DNA from: the human T2T-CHM13v2.0 reference genome, Homo sapiens
Reading direction: 5' to 3' (one strand)
Length of the DNA: 64,000 nucleotides
Assembly: GCF_009914755.1 (NCBI RefSeq)
Contig: NC_060948.1
Made by a program: the position numbers and the translations under genes. Within the stretch, counting starts at the first letter, position 1; each line of letters starts with the position of its first letter. Positions 40,992-62,765 of the stretch are shown here, in pieces. The notes under the pieces were generated by a model that did no database searches, had not been told where the DNA came from, and saw only the letters and a program-made list of their open reading frames with translations.

Positions 40992-43096
40992 AGATCCGTA
41001 TTTTTTAAATGAAAAAAAATTTCAAAGGTACTCTGCTTGGTACAATAATCAAATGTATAAACTGAGGAATAAAACATAACCATGAAACCTACTTATAACT
41101 GCATATGGAAAATACAGAGGATAATTTTTTAAATAACATATTTTGAAAGCCTTAACTAGTAATTTGAAGAGTTGGCATTTGAAAGGCCAGTATGAATATA
41201 CCTTCAAAGCAGCAACACAGGTTCCCCATGAGAAAAAGCAAACACAGGGAAAATAAAAACACAAAGGTTCAATCTCTTCTGACCTTTGAAAGACACAGCA
41301 CAGACAGTGGTCCTTAGGACGAAGAGCAGGAGACCCCTAATTCCGTCACCATGGCGATAGGGCATAAACATTGCTGGGTGAGGGCACAATCCACATTGTG
41401 AGGTCCAACTGCTGCCAGGAAGACAGGAGTGCTTTTACATAGACCGAAAGGTCATTGAAGGCTCAGAGTTTTGTTTCAAGAACTGAATCCCAAGCCCACA
41501 CGTTATTAGGCTGCGCTTCTTAAAACAAGTGATGAGATGGGAAAAAGGGCACCCACAAACATACGTATACATTATGTATATAATAATATACAGTATCATA
41601 TATATAATATATATAACCTATGTATAATATTGTTTTACATCCTGCATCTTATGTTATATATATTGTATAAAATATAATAATTGATAATATATAAGTTTTA
41701 TAATTATACAATATGACATATAGTATATATTATAATGTATGACATATATAATATATGTTATATATCATATATAGAGTATATTATACGGTTAATATACGTA
41801 TTAAATATAAATTATACCTTATATATATTATATATAATATATCTGTTATATATAATACCCATTATGCATAATATATATATTATGTCTGTTATATATAGTA
41901 TAAAACAACATATAATAATATATAATTGTATATATAAAATGCGACATATAATATATATTATATTTTATAACATATGTAATATATATTATATATTATATAT
42001 AATACGTTGTATGTATAATACCTATATTAAATATATATTATATGACTATGTTATTAATTACATGTCACATGTGTTATATATTATATATTTTACATAGAAT
42101 ATACCGGTTACATACAATATATACTATGTTACCTATAATGTATAATTTATTACATGTAAAATAAATAATGCAATATATTATGTAAAATTTATAATATACA
42201 ATATGTGGAATGTGATATATGTAACATATAATATATGATATATGATATACAGTATATGATATGTAACATACAATATATGATTCCTAATATATATGGTATA
42301 CAATATATATTTTATGATATGTATTCTATATGTTTTATATTCTGTTATATATAACTATTTGAAATTATATATAACTGTATAATATTTTATGTAAATATGA
42401 AATATAATATATATAACTATATAATATATTATATATAACTATATATTATGTTATGTATACTTTTATAACATAATTTACATAAAATATCATAATATAATAT
42501 ATATTATATTATTTCATATTACATAATATATATTACATATCACCCAATATAACTAACATACATAATATTATAATATAGATTATATTATGTTATATTAAAT
42601 ATCATATATATCATGTATCATATATTCTATAATATATATTACACATTATATAATATGTATGTTGTCTATTATGTGATATATATAACTATATATATAATTA
42701 TATTTTTATACATATAACTAGATAAACATGTAATTCTACATATTTTCATTTATAATATGTAGAATTATATAATCATACATAATTATTTATATTCTATAAA
42801 AAATTTTATCATTATATAAATTATAATATATAAAAATTATAATATGTACTACAAATATATATATATTATATATCATATATGATATAGTACCTTTGTTATA
42901 TATCATAATACATATAAATGTGTATTATGTTATCTATAATTATATAATTTCATATATAAGATGTATAATATGTATCATATATTATATATGTTATGTAATA
43001 TATATAGTATATATAAGATGACACAGGATAAATATTATATACTATGACATATAAAATATATGAGGTTATATGTTACATATAAGGCATAGCACATAA

Positions 43097-43411
<315 letters not shown>

Positions 43412-45516
43412 AGATCCGTATTTTTTAAATGAAAAAAAATTTCAAAGGTACTCTGCTTGGTACAATAATCAAATGTATAAACTGAGGAATAAAACATAAC
43501 CATGAAACCTACTTATAACTGCATATGGAAAATACAGAGGATAATTTTTTAAATAACATATTTTGAAAGCCTTAACTAGTAATTTGAAGAGTTGGCATTT
43601 GAAAGGCCAGTATGAATATACCTTCAAAGCAGCAACACAGGTTCCCCATGAGAAAAAGCAAACACAGGGAAAATAAAAACACAAAGGTTCAATCTCTTCT
43701 GACCTTTGAAAGACACAGCACAGACAGTGGTCCTTAGGACGAAGAGCAGGAGACCCGTAATTCCGTCACCATGGCGATAGGGCATAAACATTGCTGGGTG
43801 AGGGCACAATCCACATTGTGAGGTCCAACTGCTGCCAGGAAGACAGGAGTGCTTTTACATAGACCGAAAGGTCATTGAAGGCTCAGAGTTTTGTTTCAAG
43901 AACTGAATCCCAAGCCCACACGTTATTAGGCTGCGCTTCTTAAAACAAGTTATGAGATGGGAAAAAGGGCACCCACAAACATACGTATACATTATGTATA
44001 TAATAATATACAGTATCATATATATAATATATATAACCTATGTATAATATTGTTTTACATCCTGCATCTTATGTTATATATATTGTATAAAATATAATAA
44101 TTGATAATATATAAGTTTTATAATTATACAATATGACATATAGTATATATTATAATTTATGACATATATAATATATGTTATATGTCATATATAGAATATA
44201 TTATACGGTTAATATACGTATTAAATATAAATTATACATTATATATATTATATATAATATATCTGTTATATATAATACCCATTATGCATAATATATATAT
44301 TATGTCTATGTTATATATAGTATAAAACAACATATAATAATATATAATTGTATATATAAAATGCGACATATAATATATATTATATTTTATAACATATGTA
44401 ATATATATTATATATTATATATAATACGTTGTATGTATAATACCTATATTAAATATATATTATATGACTATGTTATTAATTACATGTCACATGTGTTATA
44501 TATTATATATTTTACATAGAATATACCGGTTACATACAATATATACTATGTTACCTATAATGTATAATTTATTACATGTAAAATAAAGAATGCAATATAT
44601 TATGTATAATTTATAATATACAATATGTGGAATGTGACATATGTAACATATAATATATGATATATGATATACAGTATATGATATATAACATACAATATAT
44701 GATTCCTAATATATATGGTATACAATATCTATTTTATGATATGTATTCTATATGTTTTATATTCTGTTATATATAACTATTTGAAATTATATATAACTGT
44801 ATAATATTTTATGTAAATATGTAATATAATATATATAACTATATAATATATTATATATAACTATATATTATGTTATATATACTTTTATAACATAATTTAC
44901 ATAAAATATCATAATATAATATATATTATATTATTTCATATTACATAATATATATTACATATCACCCAATATAACTAACATACATAATATTATAATATAG
45001 ATTATATTATGTTATATTAAATATCATATATATCATGTATCATATATTCTATAATATATATTACACATTATATAATATGTATGTTGTCTATTATGTGATA
45101 TATATATCTATATATATAATTATATTTTTATACATATAACTAGATAAACATGTAATTCTACATATTTTCATTTATAATATGTAGAATTATATAATCATAT
45201 ATAATTATTTATATTCTATAAAAAATTTTATCATTATATAAATTATAATATATAAAAATTATAATATGTACTACAAATATATATATATTATATATCATAT
45301 ATGATATAGTACCTTTGTTATATATCATAATACATATAAATGTGTATTGTTATCTATAATTATATAATTTCATATATAAGATGTATAATATGTATCATAT
45401 ATTATATATGTTATGAAATATATATAGTATATATAAGATGACACAGGATAAATATTATATACTATGACATATAAAATATATGAGGTTATATGTTACATAT
45501 AAGGCATAGCACATAA

Positions 45517-45831
<315 letters not shown>

Positions 45832-47936
45832 AGATCCGTATTTTTTAAATGAAAAAAAATTTCAAAGGTACTCTGCTTGGTACAATAATCAAATGTATAA
45901 ACTGAGGAATAAAACATAACCATGAAACCTACTTATAACTGCATATGGAAAATACAGAGGATAATTTTTTAAATAACATATTTTGAAAGCCTTAACTAGT
46001 AATTTGAAGAGTTGGCATTTGAAAGGCCAGTATGAATATACCTTCAAAGCAGCAACACAGGTTCCCCATGAGAAAAAGCAAACACAGGGAAAATAAAAAC
46101 ACAAAGGTTCAATCTCTTCTGACCTTTGAAAGACACAGCACAGACAGTGGTCCTTAGGACGAAGAGCAGGAGACCCCTAATTCCGTCACCATGGCGATAG
46201 GGCATAAACATTGCTGGGTGAGGGCACAATCCACATTGTGAGGTCCAACTGCTGCCAGGAAGACAGGAGTGCTTTTACATAGACCGAAAGGTCATTGAAG
46301 GCTCAGAGTTTTGTTTCAAGAACTGAATCCCAAGCCCACACGTTATTAGGCTGCGCTTCTTAAAACAAGTGATGAGATGGGAAAAAGGGCACCCACAAAC
46401 ATACGTATACATTATGTATATAATAATATACAGTATCATATATATAATATATATAACCTATGTATAATATTGTTTTACATCCTGCATCTTATGTTATATA
46501 TATTGTATAAAATATAATAATTGATAATATATAAGTTTTATAATTATACAATATGACATATAGTATATATTATAATTTATGACATATATAATATATGTTA
46601 TATATCATATATAGAATATATTATACGGTTAATATACGTATTAAATGTAAATTATACCTTATATATATTATATATAATATAACTGTTATATATAATACCC
46701 ATTATGCATAATATATATATTATGTCTATGTTATATATAGTATAAAACAACATATAATAATATATAATTGTATATATAAAATGCGACATATAATATATAT
46801 TATATTTTATAACATATGTAATATATATTATATATTATATATAATACGTTGTATGTATAATACCTATATTAAATATATATTATATGACTATGTTATTAAT
46901 TACATGTCACATGTGTTATATATTATATATTTTACATAGAATATACCGGTTACATACAATATATACTATGTTACCTATAATGTATAATTTATTACATGTA
47001 AAATAAAGAATGCAATATATTATGTATAATTTATAATATACAATATGTGGAATGTGATATATGTAACATATAATATATGATATATGATATACAGTATATG
47101 ATATATAACATACAATATATGATTCCTAATATATATGGTATACAATATATATTTTATGATATGTATTCTATATGTTTTATATTCTGTTATATATAACTAT
47201 TTGAAATTATATATAACTGTATAATATTTTATGTAAATATGTAATATAATATATATAACTATATAATATATTATATATAACTATATATTATGTTATGTAT
47301 ACTTTTATAACATAATTTACATAAAATATCATAATATAATATATATTATATTATTTCATATTACATAATATATATTACATATCACCCAATATAACTAACA
47401 TACATAATATTATAATATAGATTATATTATGTTATATTAAATATCATATATATCATGTATCATATATTCTATAATATATATTACACATTATATAATATGT
47501 ATGTTGTCTATTATGTGATATATATAACTGTATATATAATTATATTTTTATACATATAACTAGATAAACATGTAATTCTACATATTTTCATTTATAATAT
47601 GTAGAATTATATAATCATATATAATTATTTATATTCTATAAAAAATTTTATCATTATATAAATTATAATATATAAAAATTATAATATGTACTACAAATAT
47701 ATATATTATATATCATATATGATATAGTACCTTTGTTATATATCATAATACATATAAATGTGTATTATGTTATCTATAATTATATAATTTCATATATAAG
47801 TTGTATAATATGTATCATATATTATATATGTTATGTAATATATATAGTATATATAAGATGACACAGGATAAATATTATATACTATGACATATAAAATATA
47901 TGAGGTTATATGTTACATATAAGGCATAGCACATAA

Positions 47937-48251
<315 letters not shown>

Positions 48252-50354
48252 AGATCCATATTTTTTAAATGAAAAAAAATTTCAAAGGTACTCTGCTTGG
48301 TACAATAATCAAATGTATAAACTGAGGAATAAAACATAACCATGAAACCTACTTATAACTGCATATGGAAAATACAGAGGATAATTTTTTAAATAACATA
48401 TTTTGAAAGCCTTAACTAGTAATTTGAAGAGTTGGCATTTGAAAGGCCAGTATGAATATACCTTCAAAGCAGCAACACAGGTTCCCCATGAGAAAAAGCA
48501 AACACAGGGAAAATAAAAACACAAAGGTTCAATCTCTTCTGACCTTTGAAAGACACAGCACAGACAGTGGTCCTTAGGACGAAGAGCAGGAGACCCCTAA
48601 TTCCGTCACCATGGCGATAGGGCATAAACATTGCTGGGTGAGGGCACAATCCACATTGTGAGGTCCAACTGCTGCCAGGAAGACAGGAGTGCTTTTACAT
48701 AGACCGAAAGGTCATTGAAGGCTCAGAGTTTTGTTTCAAGAACTGAATCCCAAGCCCACACGTTATTAGGCTGCGCTTCTTAAAACAAGTGATGAGATGG
48801 GAAAAAGGGCACCCACAAACATACGTATACATTATGTATATAATAATATACAGTATCATATATATAATATATATAACCTATGTATAATATTGTTTTACAT
48901 CCTGCATCTTATGTTATATATATTGTATAAAATATAATAATTGATAATATATAAGTTTTATAATTATACAATATGACATATAGTATATATTATAATTTAT
49001 GACATATATAATATATGTTATATATCATATATAGAATATAGTATACGGTTAATATACGTATTAAATATAAATTATACATTATATATATTATATATAATAT
49101 ATCTGTTATATATAATACCCATTATGCATAATATATATATTATGTCTATGTTATATATAGTATAAAACAACATATAATAATATATAATTGTATATATAAA
49201 ATGCGACATATAATATATATTATATTTTATAACATATGTAATATATATTATATATTATATATAATACGTTGTATGTATAATACCTATATTAAATATATAT
49301 TATATGACTATGTTATTAATTACATGTCACATGTGTTATATATTATATATTTTACATAGAATATACCGGTTACATACAATATATACTATGTTACCTATAA
49401 TGTATAATTTATTACATGTAAAATAAAGAATGCAATATATTATGTATAATTTATAATATACAATATGTGGAATGTGATATATATAACATATAATATATGA
49501 TATATGATATACAGTATATGATATATAACATACAATATATGATTCCTAATATATATGGTATACAATATATATTTTATGATATGTATTCTATATGTTTTAT
49601 ATTCTGTTCTATATAACTATTTGAAATTATATATAACTGTATAATATTTTATGTAAATATGTAATATAATATATATAACTATATAATATATTATATATAA
49701 CTATATATTATGTTATGTATACTTTTATAACATAATTTACAAAAAATATCATAATATAATATATATTATATTATTTCATATTACATAATATATATTACAT
49801 ATCACCCAATATAACTAACATACATAATATTATAATATAGATTATATTATGTTATATTAAATATCATATATATCATGTATCATATATTCTATAATATATA
49901 TTACACATTATATAATATGTATGCTGTCTATTATGTGATATATATAACTATATATAATTATATTTTTATACATATAACTAGATAAACATGTAATTCTACA
50001 TATTTTCATTTATAATATGTAGAATTATATAATCATATATAATTATTTATATTCTATAAAAAATTTTATCATTATATAAATTATAATATATAAAAATTAT
50101 AATATGTACTACAAATATATATATTATATATCATATATGATATAGTACCTTTGTTATATATCATAATACATATAAATGTGTATTATGTTATCTATAATTA
50201 TATAATTTCATATATAAGGTGTATAATATGTATCATATATTATATATGTTATGTAATATATATAGTATATATAAGATGACACAGGATAAATATTATATAC
50301 TATGACATATAAAATATATGAGGTTATATGTTACATATAAGGCATAGCACATAA

Positions 50355-50669
<315 letters not shown>

Positions 50670-52774
50670 AGATCCATATTTTTTAAATGAAAAAAAATTT
50701 CAAAGGTACTCTGCTTGGTACAATAATCAAATGTATAAACTGAGGAATAAAACATAACCATGAAACCTACTTATAACTGCATATGGAAAATACAGAGGAT
50801 AATTTTTTAAATAACATATTTTGAAAGCCTTAACTAGTAATTTGAAGAGTTGGCATTTGAAAGGCCAGTATGAATATACCTTCAAAGCAGCAACACAGGT
50901 TCCCCATGAGAAAAAGCAAACACAGGGAAAATAAAAACACAAAGGTTCAATCTCTTCTGACCTTTGAAAGACACAGCACAGACAGTGGTCCTTAGGACGA
51001 AGAGCAGGAGACCCCTAATTCCGTCACCATGGCGATAGGGCATAAACATTGCTGGGTGAGGGCACAATCCACATTGTGAGGTCCAACTGCTGCCAGGAAG
51101 ACAGGAGTGCTTTTACATAGACCGAAAGGTCATTGAAGGCTCAGAGTTTTGTTTCAAGAACTGAATCCCAAGCCCACACGTTATTAGGCTGCGCTTCTTA
51201 AAACAAGTGATGAGATGGGAAAAAGGGCACCCACAAACATACGTATACATTATGTATATAATAATATACAGTATCATATATATAATATATATAACCTATG
51301 TATAATATTGTTTTACATCCTGCATCTTATGTTATATATATTGTATAAAATATAATAATTGATAATATATAAGTTTTATAATTATACAATATGACATATA
51401 GTATATATTATAATGTATGACATATATAATATATGTTATATATCATATATAGAGTATATTATACGGTTAATATACGTATTAAATATAAATTATACCTTAT
51501 ATATATTATATATAATATATCTGTTATATATAATACCCATTATGCATAATATATATATTATGTCTGTTATATATAGTATAAAACAACATATAATAATATA
51601 TAATTGTATATATAAAATGCGACATATAATATATATTATATTTTATAACATATGTAATATATATTATATATTATATATAATACGTTGTATGTATAATACC
51701 TATATTAAATATATATTATATGACTATGTTATTAATTACATGTCACATGTGTTATATATTATATATTTTACATAGAATATACCGGTTACATACAATATAT
51801 ACTATGTTACCTATAATGTATAATTTATTACATGTAAAATAAATAATGCAATATATTATGTAAAATTTATAATATACAATATGTGGAATGTGATATATGT
51901 AACATATAATATATGATATATGATATACAGTATATGATATGTAACATACAATATATGATTCCTAATATATATGGTATACAATATATATTTTATGATATGT
52001 ATTCTATATGTTTTATATTCTGTTATATATAACTATTTGAAATTATATATAACTGTATAATATTTTATGTAAATATGAAATATAATATATATAACTATAT
52101 AATATATTATATATAACTATATATTATGTTATGTATACTTTTATAACATAATTTACATAAAATATCATAATATAATATATATTATATTATTTCATATTAC
52201 ATAATATATATTACATATCACCCAATATAACTAACATACATAATATTATAATATAGATTATATTATGTTATATTAAATATCATATATATCATGTATCATA
52301 TATTCTATAATATATATTACACATTATATAATATGTATGTTGTCTATTATGTGATATATATAACTATATATATAATTATATTTTTATACATATAACTAGA
52401 TAAACATGTAATTCTACATATTTTCATTTATAATATGTAGAATTATATAATCATACATAATTATTTATATTCTATAAAAAATTTTATCATTATATAAATT
52501 ATAATATATAAAAATTATAATATGTACTACAAATATATATATATTATATATCATATATGATATAGTACCTTTGTTATATATCATAATACATATAAATGTG
52601 TATTATGTTATCTATAATTATATAATTTCATATATAAGATGTATAATATGTATCATATATTATATATGTTATGTAATATATATAGTATATATAAGATGAC
52701 ACAGGATAAATATTATATACTATGACATATAAAATATATGAGGTTATATGTTACATATAAGGCATAGCACATAA

Positions 52775-53089
<315 letters not shown>

Positions 53090-55194
53090 AGATCCGTATT
53101 TTTTAAATGAAAAAAAATTTCAAAGGTACTCTGCTTGGTACAATAATCAAATGTATAAACTGAGGAATAAAACATAACCATGAAACCTACTTATAACTGC
53201 ATATGGAAAATACAGAGGATAATTTTTTAAATAACATATTTTGAAAGCCTTAACTAGTAATTTGAAGAGTTGGCATTTGAAAGGCCAGTATGAATATACC
53301 TTCAAAGCAGCAACACAGGTTCCCCATGAGAAAAAGCAAACACAGGGAAAATAAAAACACAAAGGTTCAATCTCTTCTGACCTTTGAAAGACACAGCACA
53401 GACAGTGGTCCTTAGGACGAAGAGCAGGAGACCCGTAATTCCGTCACCATGGCGATAGGGCATAAACATTGCTGGGTGAGGGCACAATCCACATTGTGAG
53501 GTCCAACTGCTGCCAGGAAGACAGGAGTGCTTTTACATAGACCGAAAGGTCATTGAAGGCTCAGAGTTTTGTTTCAAGAACTGAATCCCAAGCCCACACG
53601 TTATTAGGCTGCGCTTCTTAAAACAAGTTATGAGATGGGAAAAAGGGCACCCACAAACATACGTATACATTATGTATATAATAATATACAGTATCATATA
53701 TATAATATATATAACCTATGTATAATATTGTTTTACATCCTGCATCTTATGTTATATATATTGTATAAAATATAATAATTGATAATATATAAGTTTTATA
53801 ATTATACAATATGACATATAGTATATATTATAATTTATGACATATATAATATATGTTATATGTCATATATAGAATATATTATACGGTTAATATACGTATT
53901 AAATATAAATTATACATTATATATATTATATATAATATATCTGTTATATATAATACCCATTATGCATAATATATATATTATGTCTATGTTATATATAGTA
54001 TAAAACAACATATAATAATATATAATTGTATATATAAAATGCGACATATAATATATATTATATTTTATAACATATGTAATATATATTATATATTATATAT
54101 AATACGTTGTATGTATAATACCTATATTAAATATATATTATATGACTATGTTATTAATTACATGTCACATGTGTTATATATTATATATTTTACATAGAAT
54201 ATACCGGTTACATACAATATATACTATGTTACCTATAATGTATAATTTATTACATGTAAAATAAAGAATGCAATATATTATGTATAATTTATAATATACA
54301 ATATGTGGAATGTGACATATGTAACATATAATATATGATATATGATATACAGTATATGATATATAACATACAATATATGATTCCTAATATATATGGTATA
54401 CAATATCTATTTTATGATATGTATTCTATATGTTTTATATTCTGTTATATATAACTATTTGAAATTATATATAACTGTATAATATTTTATGTAAATATGT
54501 AATATAATATATATAACTATATAATATATTATATATAACTATATATTATGTTATATATACTTTTATAACATAATTTACATAAAATATCATAATATAATAT
54601 ATATTATATTATTTCATATTACATAATATATATTACATATCACCCAATATAACTAACATACATAATATTATAATATAGATTATATTATGTTATATTAAAT
54701 ATCATATATATCATGTATCATATATTCTATAATATATATTACACATTATATAATATGTATGTTGTCTATTATGTGATATATATATCTATATATATAATTA
54801 TATTTTTATACATATAACTAGATAAACATGTAATTCTACATATTTTCATTTATAATATGTAGAATTATATAATCATATATAATTATTTATATTCTATAAA
54901 AAATTTTATCATTATATAAATTATAATATATAAAAATTATAATATGTACTACAAATATATATATATTATATATCATATATGATATAGTACCTTTGTTATA
55001 TATCATAATACATATAAATGTGTATTGTTATCTATAATTATATAATTTCATATATAAGATGTATAATATGTATCATATATTATATATGTTATGAAATATA
55101 TATAGTATATATAAGATGACACAGGATAAATATTATATACTATGACATATAAAATATATGAGGTTATATGTTACATATAAGGCATAGCACATAA

Positions 55195-55509
<315 letters not shown>

Positions 55510-57614
55510 AGATCCGTATTTTTTAAATGAAAAAAAATTTCAAAGGTACTCTGCTTGGTACAATAATCAAATGTATAAACTGAGGAATAAAACATAACCA
55601 TGAAACCTACTTATAACTGCATATGGAAAATACAGAGGATAATTTTTTAAATAACATATTTTGAAAGCCTTAACTAGTAATTTGAAGAGTTGGCATTTGA
55701 AAGGCCAGTATGAATATACCTTCAAAGCAGCAACACAGGTTCCCCATGAGAAAAAGCAAACACAGGGAAAATAAAAACACAAAGGTTCAATCTCTTCTGA
55801 CCTTTGAAAGACACAGCACAGACAGTGGTCCTTAGGACGAAGAGCAGGAGACCCCTAATTCCGTCACCATGGCGATAGGGCATAAACATTGCTGGGTGAG
55901 GGCACAATCCACATTGTGAGGTCCAACTGCTGCCAGGAAGACAGGAGTGCTTTTACATAGACCGAAAGGTCATTGAAGGCTCAGAGTTTTGTTTCAAGAA
56001 CTGAATCCCAAGCCCACACGTTATTAGGCTGCGCTTCTTAAAACAAGTGATGAGATGGGAAAAAGGGCACCCACAAACATACGTATACATTATGTATATA
56101 ATAATATACAGTATCATATATATAATATATATAACCTATGTATAATATTGTTTTACATCCTGCATCTTATGTTATATATATTGTATAAAATATAATAATT
56201 GATAATATATAAGTTTTATAATTATACAATATGACATATAGTATATATTATAATTTATGACATATATAATATATGTTATATATCATATATAGAATATATT
56301 ATACGGTTAATATACGTATTAAATGTAAATTATACCTTATATATATTATATATAATATAACTGTTATATATAATACCCATTATGCATAATATATATATTA
56401 TGTCTATGTTATATATAGTATAAAACAACATATAATAATATATAATTGTATATATAAAATGCGACATATAATATATATTATATTTTATAACATATGTAAT
56501 ATATATTATATATTATATATAATACGTTGTATGTATAATACCTATATTAAATATATATTATATGACTATGTTATTAATTACATGTCACATGTGTTATATA
56601 TTATATATTTTACATAGAATATACCGGTTACATACAATATATACTATGTTACCTATAATGTATAATTTATTACATGTAAAATAAAGAATGCAATATATTA
56701 TGTATAATTTATAATATACAATATGTGGAATGTGATATATGTAACATATAATATATGATATATGATATACAGTATATGATATATAACATACAATATATGA
56801 TTCCTAATATATATGGTATACAATATATATTTTATGATATGTATTCTATATGTTTTATATTCTGTTATATATAACTATTTGAAATTATATATAACTGTAT
56901 AATATTTTATGTAAATATGTAATATAATATATATAACTATATAATATATTATATATAACTATATATTATGTTATGTATACTTTTATAACATAATTTACAT
57001 AAAATATCATAATATAATATATATTATATTATTTCATATTACATAATATATATTACATATCACCCAATATAACTAACATACATAATATTATAATATAGAT
57101 TATATTATGTTATATTAAATATCATATATATCATGTATCATATATTCTATAATATATATTACACATTATATAATATGTATGTTGTCTATTATGTGATATA
57201 TATAACTGTATATATAATTATATTTTTATACATATAACTAGATAAACATGTAATTCTACATATTTTCATTTATAATATGTAGAATTATATAATCATATAT
57301 AATTATTTATATTCTATAAAAAATTTTATCATTATATAAATTATAATATATAAAAATTATAATATGTACTACAAATATATATATTATATATCATATATGA
57401 TATAGTACCTTTGTTATATATCATAATACATATAAATGTGTATTATGTTATCTATAATTATATAATTTCATATATAAGTTGTATAATATGTATCATATAT
57501 TATATATGTTATGTAATATATATAGTATATATAAGATGACACAGGATAAATATTATATACTATGACATATAAAATATATGAGGTTATATGTTACATATAA
57601 GGCATAGCACATAA

Positions 57615-57929
<315 letters not shown>

Positions 57930-60032
57930 AGATCCATATTTTTTAAATGAAAAAAAATTTCAAAGGTACTCTGCTTGGTACAATAATCAAATGTATAAAC
58001 TGAGGAATAAAACATAACCATGAAACCTACTTATAACTGCATATGGAAAATACAGAGGATAATTTTTTAAATAACATATTTTGAAAGCCTTAACTAGTAA
58101 TTTGAAGAGTTGGCATTTGAAAGGCCAGTATGAATATACCTTCAAAGCAGCAACACAGGTTCCCCATGAGAAAAAGCAAACACAGGGAAAATAAAAACAC
58201 AAAGGTTCAATCTCTTCTGACCTTTGAAAGACACAGCACAGACAGTGGTCCTTAGGACGAAGAGCAGGAGACCCCTAATTCCGTCACCATGGCGATAGGG
58301 CATAAACATTGCTGGGTGAGGGCACAATCCACATTGTGAGGTCCAACTGCTGCCAGGAAGACAGGAGTGCTTTTACATAGACCGAAAGGTCATTGAAGGC
58401 TCAGAGTTTTGTTTCAAGAACTGAATCCCAAGCCCACACGTTATTAGGCTGCGCTTCTTAAAACAAGTGATGAGATGGGAAAAAGGGCACCCACAAACAT
58501 ACGTATACATTATGTATATAATAATATACAGTATCATATATATAATATATATAACCTATGTATAATATTGTTTTACATCCTGCATCTTATGTTATATATA
58601 TTGTATAAAATATAATAATTGATAATATATAAGTTTTATAATTATACAATATGACATATAGTATATATTATAATTTATGACATATATAATATATGTTATA
58701 TATCATATATAGAATATAGTATACGGTTAATATACGTATTAAATATAAATTATACATTATATATATTATATATAATATATCTGTTATATATAATACCCAT
58801 TATGCATAATATATATATTATGTCTATGTTATATATAGTATAAAACAACATATAATAATATATAATTGTATATATAAAATGCGACATATAATATATATTA
58901 TATTTTATAACATATGTAATATATATTATATATTATATATAATACGTTGTATGTATAATACCTATATTAAATATATATTATATGACTATGTTATTAATTA
59001 CATGTCACATGTGTTATATATTATATATTTTACATAGAATATACCGGTTACATACAATATATACTATGTTACCTATAATGTATAATTTATTACATGTAAA
59101 ATAAAGAATGCAATATATTATGTATAATTTATAATATACAATATGTGGAATGTGATATATATAACATATAATATATGATATATGATATACAGTATATGAT
59201 ATATAACATACAATATATGATTCCTAATATATATGGTATACAATATATATTTTATGATATGTATTCTATATGTTTTATATTCTGTTCTATATAACTATTT
59301 GAAATTATATATAACTGTATAATATTTTATGTAAATATGTAATATAATATATATAACTATATAATATATTATATATAACTATATATTATGTTATGTATAC
59401 TTTTATAACATAATTTACAAAAAATATCATAATATAATATATATTATATTATTTCATATTACATAATATATATTACATATCACCCAATATAACTAACATA
59501 CATAATATTATAATATAGATTATATTATGTTATATTAAATATCATATATATCATGTATCATATATTCTATAATATATATTACACATTATATAATATGTAT
59601 GCTGTCTATTATGTGATATATATAACTATATATAATTATATTTTTATACATATAACTAGATAAACATGTAATTCTACATATTTTCATTTATAATATGTAG
59701 AATTATATAATCATATATAATTATTTATATTCTATAAAAAATTTTATCATTATATAAATTATAATATATAAAAATTATAATATGTACTACAAATATATAT
59801 ATTATATATCATATATGATATAGTACCTTTGTTATATATCATAATACATATAAATGTGTATTATGTTATCTATAATTATATAATTTCATATATAAGGTGT
59901 ATAATATGTATCATATATTATATATGTTATGTAATATATATAGTATATATAAGATGACACAGGATAAATATTATATACTATGACATATAAAATATATGAG
60001 GTTATATGTTACATATAAGGCATAGCACATAA

Positions 60033-60347
<315 letters not shown>

Positions 60348-62450
60348 AGATCCATATTTTTTAAATGAAAAAAAATTTCAAAGGTACTCTGCTTGGTACA
60401 ATAATCAAATGTATAAACTGAGGAATAAAACATAACCATGAAACCTACTTATAACTGCATATGGAAAATACAGAGGATAATTTTTTAAATAACATATTTT
60501 GAAAGCCTTAACTAGTAATTTGAAGAGTTGGCATTTGAAAGGCCAGTATGAATATACCTTCAAAGCAGCAACACAGGTTCCCCATGAGAAAAAGCAAACA
60601 CAGGGAAAATAAAAACACAAAGGTTCAATCTCTTCTGACCTTTGAAAGACACAGCACAGACAGTGGTCCTTAGGACGAAGAGCAGGAGACCCCTAATTCC
60701 GTCACCATGGCGATAGGGCATAAACATTGCTGGGTGAGGGCACAATCCACATTGTGAGGTCCAGCTGCTGCCAGGAAGACAGGAGTGCTTTTACATAGAC
60801 CGAAAGGTCATTGAAGGCTCAGAGTTTTGTTTCAAGAACTGAATCCCAAGCCCACACGTTATTAGGCTGCGCTTCTTAAAACAAGTGATGAGATGGGAAA
60901 AAGGGCACCCACAAACATACGTATACATTATGTATATAATAATATACAGTATCATATATATAATATATATAACCTATGTATAATATTGTTTTACATCCTG
61001 CATCTTATGTTATATATATTGTATAAAATATAATAATTGATAATATATAAGTTTTATAATTATACAATATGACATATAGTATATATTATAATTTATGACA
61101 TATATAATATATGTTATATATCATATATAGAATATATTATACGGTTAATATACGTATTAAATGTAAATTATACCTTATATATATTATATATAATATAACT
61201 GTTATATATAATACCCATTATGCATAATATATATATTATGTCTATGTTATATATAGTATAAAACAACATATAATAATATATAATTGTATATATAAAATGC
61301 GACATATAATATATATTATATTTTATAACATATGTAATATATATTATATATTATATATAATACGTTGTATGTATAATACCTATATTAAATATATATTATA
61401 TGACTATGTTATTAATTACATGTCACATGTGTTATATATTATATATTTTACATAGAATATACCGGTTACATACAATATATACTATGTTACCTATAATGTA
61501 TAATTTATTACATGTAAAATAAAGAATGCAATATATTATGTATAATTTATAATATACAATATGTGGAATGTGATATATGTAACATATAATATATGATATA
61601 TGATATACAGTATATGATATATAACATACAATATATGATTCCTAATATATATGGTATACAATATATATTTTATGATATGTATTCTATATGTTTTATATTC
61701 TGTTATATATAACTATTTGAAATTATATATAACTGTATAATATTTTATGTAAATATGTAATATAATATATATAACTATATAATATATTATATATAACTAT
61801 ATATTATGTTATGTATACTTTTATAACATAATTTACATAAAATATCATAATATAATATATATTATATTATTTCATATTACATAAGATATATTACATATCA
61901 CCCAATATAACTAACATACATAATATTATAATATAGATTATATTATGTTATATTAAATATCATATATATCATGTATCATATATTCTATAATATATATTAC
62001 ACATTATATAATATGTATGCTGTCTATTATGTGATATATATAACTATATATAATTATATTTTTATACATATAACTAGATAAACATGTAATTCTACATATT
62101 TTCATTTATAATATGTAGAATTATATAATCATATATAATTATTTATATTCTATAAAAAATTTTATCATTATATAAATTATAATATATAAAAATTATAATA
62201 TGTACTACAAATATATATATTATATATCATATATGATATAGTACCTTTGTTATATATCATAATACATATAAATGTGTATTATGTTATCTATAATTATATA
62301 ATTTCATATATAAGGTGTATAATATGTATCATATATTATATATGTTATGTAATATATATAGTATATATAAGATGACACAGGATAAATATTATATACTATG
62401 ACATATAAAATATATGAGGTTATATGTTACATATAAGGCATAGCACATAA

Positions 62451-62765
<315 letters not shown>
